Source: Octopus sinensis
Lineage: Eukaryota
Assembly: GCF_006345805.1 (NCBI RefSeq)
Contig: NC_043008.1
Location: 35,154,001-35,218,000 of the forward strand
Length of the DNA stretch: 64,000 nt
Direction of reading: 5' to 3'
Below are positions 38,386 through 51,947 of the stretch, one piece after another; positions within the stretch are counted from its first letter, which is position 1, and the number at the start of each line of letters is the position of its first letter. Made by a program: the position numbers and the translations under genes. The notes below the pieces were generated by a model. That model saw only the letters and a program-made list of their open reading frames with translations, ran no database searches and was not told the origin of the DNA.

Positions 38386-38399
38386 ATAGAACCGTAATG

Positions 38400-39380
38400 A
38401 CAATTTGATCAAAACTAAGCATAAACGATACACCTTTAAACACTAGTACTACGGCCAGAAATGACAGCCATGCCGGCACCAGTGGAGCCGCCGGTCCGTC
38501 ACCCGGGAATAACAGCATAACGGCAGCCACAACACCACCGGCAACAGCAACAGCAACACTAACACTGCAAGCAGGAATGACTACTACGCCAGCAACAGCA
38601 ACAGCGGTATCACAGGACCCACACCCTCTAATAGCGGCACCGACGGAGCTCCAACAGCTCCAACAACAGCAACGGCAACAACACCAACATTGGGCCTGGA
38701 GCTAACGGAAGAAACACCAGAGGGGAGAAGACAACCAGAACTCAGAGATACATCGGGTCGACTGGGACTGCCTTGAAGCGGCGCCTGTAAACCATTGTTC
38801 CTTTTTTAGGATTCCGGAAAGATCTTACGTCACGTCCATTGTCAGCCATGTGTGACACATTAAGAATGAAGGAACTCCATACGAAATTAAATGGAAGTTC
38901 ATAGAACAACCGGAGTCTTATATAAACGGGAGCGTACGATGTAAGCTTTGCATAATAGCTGGAAAGGATCTCGCTTGACCCGGTTACACTCTTAAACTCC
39001 AGAAACGCGATCTATAGTCCTCTGTCCGCATTTTAGACGCTACCTGCTGCAGGCTTGGGACCCCCCGTTCGTCGATTAGGGCTGTAATAAATATTTGGGG
39101 ACCGGAACCAACCTAAGGGCGGAGATTACAGTGCGTCGATTAGAACCATAACATTTTGCTGACCGGACTGATATAAGGGCGATAATCCGTCCAGTTTAAG
39201 GCTCAAACAGTATAAAATATCCTTTTGTTTACAAATTAATTAACCATAATGGTTTTCTACCTCCAGTTTGAAGAGAAGCTATATGCCCGCAGCATATAAA
39301 GCTGAGTGCTTTATGGATGTGAAACCAGTGGTCACTTTATGACAAGGTATATAATTAACTTCATGTAAATACACACACAC
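38400..39380 (+). mobile_element. Penelope-like GIY-YIG remnant, second copy
   Basis: RYIGSTGTALKRRL (YIG at 38749-38757); NEGTPYEIKWKFIEQPESYINGSVRCKLCII. 3' region colinear with 2000-2390, including the 3' half of the HHR (GAAACCAGTGGTC, 39321-39333). Confidence 0.85.
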
Positions 39381-40576
39381 GTGTGTGTGTGTGTGTGTGT
39401 ACATATATATAATACATATATGACAAGACAAAAATAAGTTGCAACATGCCTACAAGAATGTTACTTCGTTTCTGTCGTAAAACATACACACATATCCAGA
39501 CTGAGAATTCATATTCATACCAACAATAATTGAAGCTCTAGGCTTTGTTAGTAAATGCTTAAAGGAGAATCTGGATGAACTAGGATTTTCAAAAAGCGAA
39601 ATCGACGGGCTAATTCGTACATTATAAGTGCAATCTGTGAGTGGAATAGTAAAAATATGCAAGACTTTTCTCAAGTTCCGAATGTGAATTTGTCTGTGTT
39701 AACTGCATCCCAAAGATGGAGTCTTGTATCTTTGTTGGAAACCGTTTACCTCATCAGTGAAAGATTTATAATAATTAAAAATAGAAGATACATACATACA
39801 TACATACATACATACATGCATACATACATACATACATACATACATACATACATACATACATACATACATACATAACATACGTACATACAACATGGCGCTG
39901 TCAATATCAGATGTACAGGCGTAGAGAGCATTTAAGAATGCCTTTTTAAATATTTTCTTTTACGATTATGCCGATTCCTCCTGCCGAAATCAGTGACTGG
40001 TGTATCTTTGTTATAGATATGAGAAATATCTTTTACTTACCAACCTGAGATTTTTCTGACAGGATTATAAAATATATCTTATACCACGTTGTATTATGAA
40101 TTTACGATCATGAATAAAACTGATAATAATAACACTGACACCGATACCAGTACAAACGGTACAACATTTTAAAATTATTTAATTACTCATTTCCATTGAC
40201 TTGGTCTTTATATTTAAATCAAGAACTACTTTGCTGTTATGAAAAAAGTCTGTAATTAACCTTGTGGCGGCTTTATGAAACTTCTAAAGCAATACTGGGA
40301 CGTGGTTTACACAAACGTAAACTGTTTTACGGCAAATCAGCTTCGCCAGCAATCGTCTTTTATTTTTATTTGTACATAAACATCGCTATCACAGACAGCA
40401 GTTTTCTTGCAACTCCTGTGATGCTAATCGATTTTCGAAAACAACTGAGAAACGGCCAAAATTTGTCATAAAAGGGATTCAAAACAGAGTAATAAAACCG
40501 CTGTCACCACCACAAATCACTCGTATATCTCTACATGTAATCGATTCAGCAGGGACGACTGCAGAGTGTATATATA

Positions 40577-40613
<37 letters not shown>

Positions 40614-41794
40614 TGAACGATAATCCTTAAAAGGTTTCCAGTTTCCTAAGCTGTCGTTAAGATTAAAAAAGAAACTATTAAACTTAATATTAAACGTTCT
40701 CGATGCTGCTGCTGAAGAGGACATGCCATCATACGGCGATAATTAGTGAACAATTAATACCTTCCTATAATAAGCTGCTATTTCTCTTAAAGATTACCCA
40801 AGAGAAACCTGCAGTGCATGGGCTAACGAAATTACTAAACAGAAACAATCAAGACGGGAAAGAAAACTTGAAGAAAACATCAACAATGTGTGACATGGCG
40901 TAGGATAACTAACCACAATATTAAAATGTAAGGACAAAATAATTGTACACCTTAATAATGACATCTTATGCAAAAACATCAAAACTCTAAGGCAACTCTC
41001 CACGCCAAGATCTTGAGAGACAGTTAATTTCTGTAAAGCATGAACTAAAGACACTCAGCGAAAAACTTCGTTATCGTGAAAAAAATATCCGATCACAAGT
41101 TTGCTTGGTACTGGAAAGTGAAGTGAACAACATCCTACGAGTCAGAGTAAGCTTCTCAGGAAGCATTCTCTTCTTGATTCTTGATGACCTCACACAAAAC
41201 CCCTAAGCACCTGGACAATTTACCTCAAAGAAGACCTGGATGAAAAATGTTCGACATAGAAATAAAACAATATCATGAATGAATATATTTCTAGAAGAGT
41301 TGAATACGACAATATTATCGACGTGAAGTGTAGCCTTTCTTGGACTTGTGACTACTTTATCATATCACACCTGGAAGGTAACGGATTACAATCTAAGAGA
41401 AGGAAATTGATGTAGAATACATAATGGACGCACATTGTTTTGTGACAAGCTAGGTCTAAGGGATAGCTAGGGTTTTCAGAAAAAGAAAACAACAATGAAG
41501 CAGCTAACATGGACATTACAAATACAAGTTGCAAGAGCAAAAGTAAATATATGCAAGAAGTTTCTCGAGTATATATATATATATATACACACACACAAGA
41601 AAAAAGCATGAATGGATTAGTTGTTCAGTACAATTGTTTCATACGAAGAACAGCTTTATTAAAAGCTGCAAATATTGCAGCAAATACAAGTGTCCCGTAT
41701 TCATCAGCCAAAACACATATGAGTTTTCCAAAGATCCTAGGGGGTGAGGCTACACTCATGAAGTATCGAAGAGAGTTCTATGAAAAGCAAAGTT

Positions 41795-41832
<38 letters not shown>

Positions 41833-41848
41833 CTCTCTCTCTCTCTCT

Positions 41849-41882
<34 letters not shown>

Positions 41883-42214
41883 AAAGTAGCAACGACAATG
41901 AAACAATGAAAGTGACTGCTGTTGTTGGTATTGTGTTTGCTGCTATTTTCGTTGTTGTTTTTGATGTTGCTTTTGTTGTTTATCTCCCTTCAAGCAACTC
42001 TCTGATTAACACATTCTGGTTCTGACCATCTTAGCCATTAGTATAACCAGTACTATACTGCTCAGTATATCCTTTCTGTTACCGTTTACATGTTTTCGTC
42101 ATTAGACTGAGACCATGCAGGGCATAGTCAAACAAATTGGGTCCCAGTACTAATGTTTTAAAGCTTGGAAGTTATTCCATACTTGTTTTTTTTTTTTTAC
42201 CGAAGCATTAAGTT

Positions 42215-42394
42215 ATTGGAAAGTGGCTGTGTGGTAAGTAGCTTGCTTACCAGCCACATGGTTCCGGGTTCAGTTTTACTGTGTGGCACCTTAGGCATGT
42301 GTCTTTTACTAGATCCTCGGACCGACCAAAGCCTTGTGAGTGGATTTGGTAGACGGAAACTGAAAGAAGCCTGTCGTATATATGTATATGTATG

Positions 42395-42468
<74 letters not shown>

Positions 42469-42675
42469 TGTGTCTCTGTTTGTCCCCCCAACATCGCTTG
42501 ACAATCGATGCTGGTGTGTGTACGTTCCCGTAACTTAGCGATTCGGCAAGAAGAGACCGATAGAATAAGTGCTAGGCTTACAAAGAAGAAGTCCTGGGGT
42601 CGATGTGCTCGACTAAAAGGTGTTGCTCCAGCATGGCCGCAGTCAAATGACTGAGACAAGTAAAAGAGTAAAGAA
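42215..42675 (+). mobile_element. SINE family B, full length with internal TA/TG microsatellite
   Basis: Head, microsatellite middle and tail all present. Confidence 0.9.
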
Positions 42676-42779
42676 ACCAACACTACATGTCAAGTGTTGA
42701 GGCCGCACGAACATACATACATACATATGTACATACATACATTACAAACATACATAGACATGTATACGCACATGCATAC

Positions 42780-42943
42780 ATACACACACGTGCGAACACA
42801 CACATATGCGACGGATTCTTTTCAGTTTCCGCCCACGAAATCCACTCACGTGGCTTTAATCGGACCGTAGCTATAGTAGGGGACACCTACCCAAGGTGAA
42901 CTACAGTGGAACTGAAGTCGTATCCACGTGAGTGGGAAGCAAG
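42780..42943 (-). mobile_element. SINE family B 5' part, cut by the gap
   Basis: Reverse-complement head. Confidence 0.7.
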
Positions 42944-43043
42944 NNNNNNNNNNNNNNNNNNNNNNNNNNNNNNNNNNNNNNNNNNNNNNNNNNNNNNNNN
43001 NNNNNNNNNNNNNNNNNNNNNNNNNNNNNNNNNNNNNNNNNNN
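42944..43043. other. Assembly gap (100 N)
   Basis: Direct reading. Confidence 1.
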
Positions 43044-43461
43044 TTGGAGCTCCTGCCTACGAATTCTGAGCGAGGAATTGCGAATGAAAAGATTTGCAGC
43101 AAAATTTGTACCTCATGTGCAGAATGAAGATCAAAAGCAGTCACGACTGAATGCGTGTCGTGAACTGAAAGAACAGTTGGAAGTTGATCCGGGCCATTTT
43201 TTGAAGGTCATCACTGGTGACGAAAGCTGGTGCTACGGAATTTGCTGAAGTGGAAGAGGTGAAGAACAAAAATGATGGAGGTGCTAAAAGGCATCACTTC
43301 GCAAGAATTCCAGCACTACTTCCAACAGGGGAAAACGCGTCTGCACCGATGCATTGCTTCAAATGGAGACTACTTTGAAGGCGATAAAAGTGTAAACATG
43401 CAAAACTAAGTGAATAAAAGGATATTGCAGAATATCGGTTTCTTTTGGGTACCTCCTCGTA
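43044..43461 (+). mobile_element. Mariner transposon remnant, internally deleted, 3' TIR present
   Basis: MKRFAAKFVPH..KQSRLNACRELKEQ..VITGDESWCYG (first catalytic D), joined to C-terminal VEEVK..RCIASNGDYFEGD. Ends GGGTACCTCCTCGTA. Confidence 0.85.
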
Positions 43462-43504
43462 CAGACACACACACAACACACACACACACACACACACACA
43501 TGTA

Positions 43505-44040
43505 TGTGTGCGCGTGTTAAATAAAAGGAGACAACAAAACCAAGGCTGTGTGAAATTTATAGGACATTTATAAAGAGAAAGGTAGTCTTACAACTGTTTC
43601 TGGGACATTAGAGATATCCCTTCATCAGAGACGATATGAAAGAGTTAAATAGAGGGAAATAATAGAGTTCAATATAAAAAGTTATTTTGGAAAAGGATGG
43701 ATATAGGAAGTGTAAAGGGAAATTAGAGAATAAAAATAAAAATAAAAGTTAAAATATATATAGGTTGTTACAATTGCAGTTCTATTATTCAAGGAAAGTA
43801 CTGTGTAGAATGGGTTATTACAAGTGGATAGTTTGGAGACATAAATTTCATTTACTGTTCATTCAAAGGGATCTTGTGGTGTGAATGGAATTTTGAGAGT
43901 GTACTGGTAGGGGTAAGTAGATAGAGAGAAGAGAATGGATATGTATGTTAGGAGGAGAATGGTATTAATCAAAAGGAATAGGGGAGGAAAGAAGAAAGAA
44001 GAAAGGAAGAGAAAGAAATGAAAAAGGAGTGCTAGATGGT
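43505..44040 (-). mobile_element. PLE pLTR/3'-type fragment with canonical hammerhead
   Basis: HHR motif at 43585-43632; pyrimidine-rich minus strand; element boundaries approximate. Confidence 0.5.
43585..43632 (-). ncRNA. Type I hammerhead ribozyme motif with canonical core
   Basis: GTCT|CTGATGA|A|GGGATAT-CTCTA-ATGTCCC|A|GAA|ACA-GT-TGT|A|AGAC. Confidence 0.75.
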
Positions 44041-44127
44041 GGTCAAGATATTATGGGAGAGGAGAGCTATCAGGAGAAAAGGAATTGGGGGAGAGATAGA
44101 AGGAAGAGGTAAGAATATAAGGGATAC

Positions 44128-44159
<32 letters not shown>

Positions 44160-44946
44160 CATATATATGTATGTATGTGTATATATATATATATATATTT
44201 ATACACACACACACACATATAATTATATATAGATTTGTATATGTGTATATATATATATATATCAAATTTTCTAATTTGCTACCACATTACACCTGCAGAC
44301 GGGGCCTCAGAAACTCCCTATTTGTTTTTTAACTTTAAATCTAGGTCTGTTCGGAAATGTAATATAGAAATGTCACACAGGTAGGATATATCTATATGAA
44401 GAATAACGCGATTGAAAACAACAAATACTGCTCCAGTAGACAACCACCAGGCAAAACATGACTAACCAAGTTTTTAGTTCGTAAACAGAATGAGACAACA
44501 GCTGCAAGACAAAGCATGATTAAAAATTAGCGTGTATTCCAGCCAACGTAATACGCAAATTGCTTGTGGGCGCTTAGATGCACCATCTTGACATATGGCG
44601 TGGTTTTGGGATATTTTAAGATTCATTCCTTTTCAGATTTTGAGCAGAGAAAGTTACAATGAACGCTGATGCTGAACTCGTACTTATTCTTCATCGAAAC
44701 TGAAACAGTGAGCATCGTTGACAGCAGGGAGATCTGAACTCGGAGAAATGGAATGAATGCTGCAGAATATTCGGTTCGGTTAACAACTCTAACAGTCCCG
44801 ATATTTAACATCGTCAGAATGTGTACATTTGAGAATTGTTGTAGCATGTAGATGATGCGGTTTTAAAAAAATGCTTCACAGGAAATTTGATGAAAGAGTA
44901 TCAGTCGTGACTTTAGTACAATATTCTGCTAATGCATTCTCTCTCG

Positions 44947-44983
<37 letters not shown>

Positions 44984-46949
44984 ATGCACGCACACACATA
45001 CAGATACACACACACACACCGAAAGATAGACACATGCACACACATACATATATATAACATGGTTGAAACGTGAATCAGTATTGTGGCAAATTGCAGTGAA
45101 AATAGCCTTCTTTGCCTGTCAAATCTGTTCTATAACATGATCGAAAAGTTTGTTTCTTTTACAACACTGTTTCGTGTACCAACCACCTATTTTGCCTCGG
45201 CCTGGCAGCTGCTGTATTTTATTAGTGCATTCTTTCTGCTGATTATAAAGATGCGAAACCTTCCAGCCATTTCGCAGTTGTCCTGCTTGGTATTTATCGC
45301 TGATGAGAGCATAAGAAGCTTGGATCGCATAGGGAACGCCGGAAATTGGCTTTATGGTTTTACACCTTTTGCCTAAAGAAAGGGGCTTTATCCCCGGTAA
45401 ACCTCGGTTGAAATGCCTTTTTCTACAGGTCACACATATGTGTATACAGAAATATGTACAAACATTTTATAGAAATGTATATACATACACTCCGTCCAAT
45501 CCCCGTTCAATCTATACATGTATCCATCCGGCCATTCATAAAACTGTAAGAGTATGTAAAACATTCCAAAAGTTTAGTATGAATTAGATACATATACATG
45601 CGTATTGACATGTAAATGCAACTATATATATATATATATCTGTGTGTGCGTGTATGTATGTATGTATGTATGTATGTATGTATGTATGTATGTATGTATG
45701 TATGTGCGTGTGTGTGAATACACACACACACACATATATATATAATGTTCATTACATATTTCTTTATTGTAGTAAATTCAACTTACAGTTGTTTCCGATA
45801 ATCCTTGTAGGTTCAATCAGTGATCGGTTCACTCAATTGGTCCATTGATCGGTAGAGAAGAATTGAATGACCTTAAAGAGTTAATGCTATCCTCATCAGA
45901 GTTATTGTATACTGAAAAAAAAAAAACAAGCAGAATAATCATAAACGAATGATACAAGCAGGGGGGGGGGCGAAAAGGGGTAATAAGTTTAAGTATACTT
46001 ATTGCTCTTTTATGCTGATTTTAAATTCTCATCTGTACCTATCATCATAGGTACATTAGACTATATGTGAACAGATTTATGCAAAAATCCAGAAATACTA
46101 GGTTTTTTTCGAAGAACGTGCAAAACAAACTGACACGGATTCTCCAAATCCAATGTGTTAGTGCCACAGTGAAGATTCGTTAGACGTTCGAAAGAGTTTC
46201 CATCTGAGATTCTATAGATGCCCACATTTGGCTATGTACATCGGGAGCTCAACTAACACAGCAGCTCAACTAGCACACCAGCTCCACTGCATATTTATAA
46301 ACACCAGGAAACTCCTGTTGCTTTGTTAGCGATCAGTTTGAACTCTTTTATGAACTTAAATAAAGCTCAAAGAAAAGCATATATACCCACACAATTGCAT
46401 GCATGAAAAAACAACAACAAGTAATCATAGAGGTTAGCTATTCTGTAGATGTGCATATTTCTTCCAAAATTAGTGAGAAGTATTTATTCACCACTGATTT
46501 GAAGCCTAAATCTTACCTACTTACATTATAAATCCACAATTATTCTGATAACTATTAGTACAAATGGTGATATTAGAATATGTCTCAGTAAAAATTTCGA
46601 AAATTTAGGATTTTCAGACAAAGGCAGTGATTAGAATTTACACATCATCCAAGTAGATTCTGTAAGCGAAACAGAAAATATGTAAAAAATTTTTTCCAAC
46701 ATTCAAAATATAACAACTATCGATTTTATCATCCAAATTTCAGGAATGAAGTTTTTTTCTTGTTTTGTTAGAAACCACTTTCTTTACAGGAAGAATTCAA
46801 ATAATGAAAAATATACAGTGTGAGTGAAATTGTTTTCAAAAGCGTCAAATATTTCAGAAATATTTATCAATTTTAAATTATTCAAAATTATTATTTTTTT
46901 TTAGTCACATGAGTAACTTTAGACGTATATTTTACCACTACGAGCAATA

Positions 46950-46967
46950 TCAGAAAATGTGGTATAC

Positions 46968-47015
<48 letters not shown>

Positions 47016-47147
47016 CACATATATATATACATATACAAACACACATACACACACACACACTCACACACACACATATATATAATGTATATATGTATGAGTA
47101 TATATACATGTATGTATGTATACATATATATATATATATACATACAC

Positions 47148-47185
<38 letters not shown>

Positions 47186-47220
47186 CACACACACACACAC
47201 ACACATATATATATGTATAT
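46950..47220. repeat. Compound (TA)n/(CA)n microsatellite
   Basis: Direct reading. Confidence 0.95.
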
Positions 47221-48018
47221 ACAGCGACTTTTAATTTGTCTTTTATCAGATTTTTTGATGCATAAACAAAAGGATGGAATGAATAATAATTTTCAGGAGA
47301 ATATTAATTATCACTTTAAAGTTAAATAAAACAAAATTCTCATTTGCATAACTCCTCCCATAACTACTCACTCATTTATTTTCCCTCCATATTCAATCTA
47401 TCTCTATAATTCTTCCTCGCTCATTATGTGTGTGTGTGTGTATGTGTGTGAGTTGCGTTCCTTTATTCATTGCCTGCCACCAAACCTAGTATATAAACTT
47501 TTCCTGCACCTATTACCTTAACTCACTCCATCGTTTTCTTTTATTCTCTCTGTTCTCTCCATCTCTCTCCCCTCTCTCTAAACGATTTTAAACGTAAATG
47601 GGGAAACCAACCTGCCAACTAACCAATCGATCAACCATCCATTATCACCAGATTTTTATCCGAAAACGTTAGTTTATGTAATAAGCCTATATTTTTTAAA
47701 TTATATTATGCAGTTCTCCCAAATAAACCGGAGCTGAAACAGTCGCTATTTTTATGTGCTATCAGTAAAAAATGAAGTAAAATGGAATAAATCCACGTTC
47801 AGTTCATAGAGAAATGACGACTTTTGTATGTGTCTTTAGCTGCCTAGAATGCTTTCTTTTGTTGCTTCCAGGTAGTATTTTTCTTCACTGTTCACTTTAT
47901 ATGGTTTCAGATTTAGACATAAGGCTAGCAATCTTAATAATCTAGACATCAGTATTGGATTGCTATTTAATTTCATCGATACCAAATGTCTCCCTTCAGC
48001 AATATGTGGTTATAAGTG

Positions 48019-48230
48019 AAGACGGCGAGCTGGCTAATCGTTAGCCCACCGGGCAAAACGCTTAGCGTAAGTTCGTTTTTACGTTCTTAGCTCAGAATTT
48101 CACCGAGGCCAACTTTGCCTTTCACCCTTTCGTAGAATTGATAAAATAAGTACCAGTTGAATACTAGGGTCGATATAATTGACTTACCATCTTCTCCCGA
48201 AATTGCTTACCTTGAGCTAAAATTAGAAAT
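48019..48230 (+). mobile_element. SINE family A (variant tail)
   Basis: GACGGCGAGCTGGC..GCCTTTCACCCTTTCG..GATAAAATAAGTACCAG. Confidence 0.85.
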
Positions 48231-48967
48231 TAGAAAGAGGGGGATAATTTTGCTTGCAATTATCAATCATTCAGGTTTTAAAGAAGTGGTCTTACAATTC
48301 ACTTAAAAGTAAAGCTACAACACAGCCACATCTCCAGTGATTGTAACGATTCATAAAAAGAAAACCACTGTCTTTACTATGACACTGTTGATACTCCCAG
48401 AATCACCAGGATCAAACAGACTTCTGACGAAAGCTATTCCAACCATGACAAATCCCATTGTATATTTTTCGGTGAATATAGGCATGATTACATTATGCAC
48501 TGTATTGTTTCTTCTTTAAGACAGACAGGGTGCAATTTGAGGGTATATGATTGTTGTTTCGAGCAATCTATGGGATCACCTAGTGGCACCTATGTTGGCT
48601 TGTGTTTAGGTATGTGGCAATGATTTGTATGTGAGCGTGTGTGCGTGTGCGTATGTGTGTGTATGTATGTATGTATGTATGTATGTATGTATGTATGTAT
48701 GCATGTGTGTGTGTGTTGTTTCTATGTGTGTGTGTGTGTGTGTGTATAATGTCTGGAACAGATCCCGAGGCGCATAAGCGCATATTTACATGCTATTATT
48801 TACAGCTTTGTGATTCGAGATCCATTGTTCCAAACATGAATTATTTCACGTTCTCTCGAAAGCTTATAAATTCAAATGACGTTAACACTACATATATAAT
48901 ACATATATATGCATATATATGCAATTATACACACACACACACATATTTATACGTATATATATACACA

Positions 48968-49007
<40 letters not shown>

Positions 49008-49299
49008 TATATATATATATATATACACGCGGGCGCGCGTGTGTGTGTACTGAAATATCTATCACTCAAAGCCTATTACTCAAAAGTAATAACAATGATT
49101 TATCGTAGATTGTCATAAATGAAGCAAGTGGCATCTTGTCACGATATTTTCTTCAGATTAAAATCACCCGAGAAAGAAAAAATGTCAGTTAAATAAATTG
49201 AGAGTTATTAAAGTCAAGAGAAAACAACTGCTTTCCTTGTCTAACAAATACCGCTGTAGTCTGTAATAACAAACAGTCTCTCTTTGTCTGGTTCTTGTT

Positions 49300-49500
49300 G
49301 ATCTTTTATTTTTTTACTTGTCTTAGTTATTAGACTGCAGCCATGCTGGAGCACTGCCTTAATGAAGTTTACGTATTTAAAAAAAAAAATTTATGTCTGG
49401 TACTTATTCATTCTATCGATCTCTTTTGTCAATCCATTACCTATGAGGAGATAAACAAACCAACATCGTTTGTCAAGCAGTGTGGAGGAGGTGGCACCCC
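49300..49500 (-). mobile_element. SINE family B 3' part
   Basis: GACTGCAGCCATGCTGGAGCACTGCCTT..CCAACATCGTTTGTCAAGC. Confidence 0.7.
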
Positions 49501-51159
49501 CCCCCCCCCACACATATAAACACACATTTAGTAAACGGGGAATGTGTTTGCATTCTTATTCGACCTACAAGGAAGCATCAAAACATAATAATTTCTTTTT
49601 TCTGTATTGAATATAAAATCCTTTAATTAATGCCGAGCCATCAGAAGCACATTATGGAAGTTTAGCTGTCCGTTAGTGTATAAACCATATTGATGACTCC
49701 TCTATATGATAGCTGATCTGAGCTTTTGACTGGGAGAAGAAGCGGAGTACGTATTCTCTGAGGAGAGGAGAACAAACCTCGAAGCGGCTTGTCAAGAGAC
49801 TCCCTTCTATTCTTCTAGACATCAACAACATAGAAGGAACGTGTTTGCGTTCTCATTTAATATATTTAAAAGAATATTATTTTATAAGCATAAAATTTCC
49901 CAAATTCGGTAGAAGTAAATAGATTTGGTTGGTTGGTTGGTTGGTTGGTTTTTTTTTTCTGCTGTTCTGTGAGTTAAGACACGATTGCTTCGCAACTGCA
50001 TAGTTTTGTGTTCGATCTCATTCTACTGGACAATAGTTAAATGTTTTATTCCTTAATTACAGACGAAACCAAAGAATTACGATTGAAATGCGGTAGACGA
50101 TAACTGTGTGGAATCCCTGGTGGGGCCCTTCTTGTTCTTTAACCCAACTCACTCTTTAGCATTATCAACTGACCATTGGGAAAATTTGATGGACACCCCT
50201 GTGTTGCAAGTATACGGGCCAGCTCCCTACTTTGAGAATAACTCCCTACTTTTCTTTCTCTCTCTGCTCCCGGAAGCCCTAACGAATTGTGATGGGTGCT
50301 ACGCTTCTTCCTCTGAAGAAGCGTAGCAGCTGTATAAAAGATTATACGAAAAAAAAAATACTCCACCAATCTCGCGATAAAAAGCCGGTTTGGCGAGAAA
50401 ACACGATCAACAATCGGTGGGAAGCGACTTTGACATTTGCTGGCTGTTTTACTTTGTCTGCTTTGATGGAGAAAAAAAGATGTTGTTTCATTTCTTTTGT
50501 AAAGTCTTGTAATCAGCACAAATATCGGAAAATTTCCAAGTAAAGGAAGAGGAAGATGAAAAAATTACTTAAATTATAGCAAAGTCATTAAAACAACGAA
50601 GCAAGCATTAATTACGTCCAATGCCTAAAGGGGAATAATTAAATAAATATCTCCCGAGATATCATGGTCTTCATTAATATATGTATGCGTATGTGTGTAA
50701 GTACAAATGTGTGTGTGTGTGTGAGAGAGAGAGAGAAAGAGGTACAGAAAGAGAGAAAGATTTAAACAAACAAGTAAGATAAAGTTGCACAGAACATAAT
50801 TATGAAAAATAATAAGAGTAAGAATAAGAGTAAAAAAATAATTGCAGTAGTCGGGGAAAAATCTCTAACACCGAATAAAAATGCAGGAAAAAGATCTTTA
50901 GTGATAATAATCGTCATAAATCGAGAAAGATGTTTCAAAATAGCTAGTGAAAAAAAAAATTATATATTAAAGAAAAACTTAATGATGTACTAAGAAACAA
51001 TAGGACGAAATAAATAAAATAAAGGAATAAAAACTGAAAAGAACTTGTGAAAATCAAAAGAAATTCTGAATAAATAGAAACGATATCGCTCTGAATTATA
51101 TGAAGAAAACCGCTAAGAATGCTTCCAGGAAGAGAATTTGATCTTAATATAAAATAGTG

Positions 51160-51330
51160 AATGCCGTCTGTCTTTACGTTCTGAGTTGAGATTCCACCAA
51201 ACTCGACTTTACTTTTCATTCAGTGGTGACTGATAAATAACTACCAGTTGATGACTGGGGAGTTGATGTAATCGACTTAGTGCTCCCTCACCCGAAAATT
51301 GCTGGTCTTGTGCCAAAGTTTGAAATCAAT
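51160..51330 (+). mobile_element. SINE family A fragment
   Basis: TTACGTTCTGAGTTGAGATTCCACC..CGACTTTACTTTTCAT. Confidence 0.65.
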
Positions 51331-51457
51331 ATAAAAAATGTGAATGGAATGTATCATAAGTTCCACCTTGTAGGCCAGATTTCAACACCCAAGTTGTAAT
51401 TTTGCATAGGAGTACATCTATGACACGGGTAAGTTATTTGCTAAGTAACTGTACCTG

Positions 51458-51648
51458 TAGCCATAGCCGTATGGTTAAGAGGCTGGCTTTGCAACAACAT
51501 AGTTTCGGATTCAGTCCCACTACGCGGCACCTTGAGCAAATGTCTTCTACTATAGCCCCAGGCCGACTAATACTTTAAGAGTGATTTTGATAGACAGAAA
51601 TTGCTCGCAAGCTCGGCGCATTATTATATATATATATATTATATATAT

Positions 51649-51681
<33 letters not shown>

Positions 51682-51947
51682 GTGTGGTGTGTATGTGTGT
51701 GATGGGTGTGTGTGTGTGTGGTGTGTGTGTGTTGTGTGTGTGTGTGTATGTGTGTGTGTGTATACACACAGACATTAGCACACACACATGTATGCAGTTC
51801 GACGTAAGAGACTGATAAAAAATGAAAACTTCAGAAAAATATTAATTGGGGCCAATTTTTGTTCGGCTAAAACCATCCAAGGCAGTGCCCCAGAATGGCC
51901 ACAGTCCAATGACTGAAACTAGTAAGAGACAGAAAAATAAGATAAAG
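51458..51947 (+). mobile_element. SINE family B with internal microsatellite
   Basis: Head at 51458-51610, TA/TG middle, tail at 51790-51947. Confidence 0.8.

Noticed and set aside
40620-41300. Possible LINE-derived coding remnant (..LKTLSEKLRYREK..)
   Set aside because: No diagnostic motif found; family cannot be assigned by eye
42887-43248. ORFs spanning the N-run
   Set aside because: Artefacts of the 100-N gap; only the part after 43044 is real (mariner)
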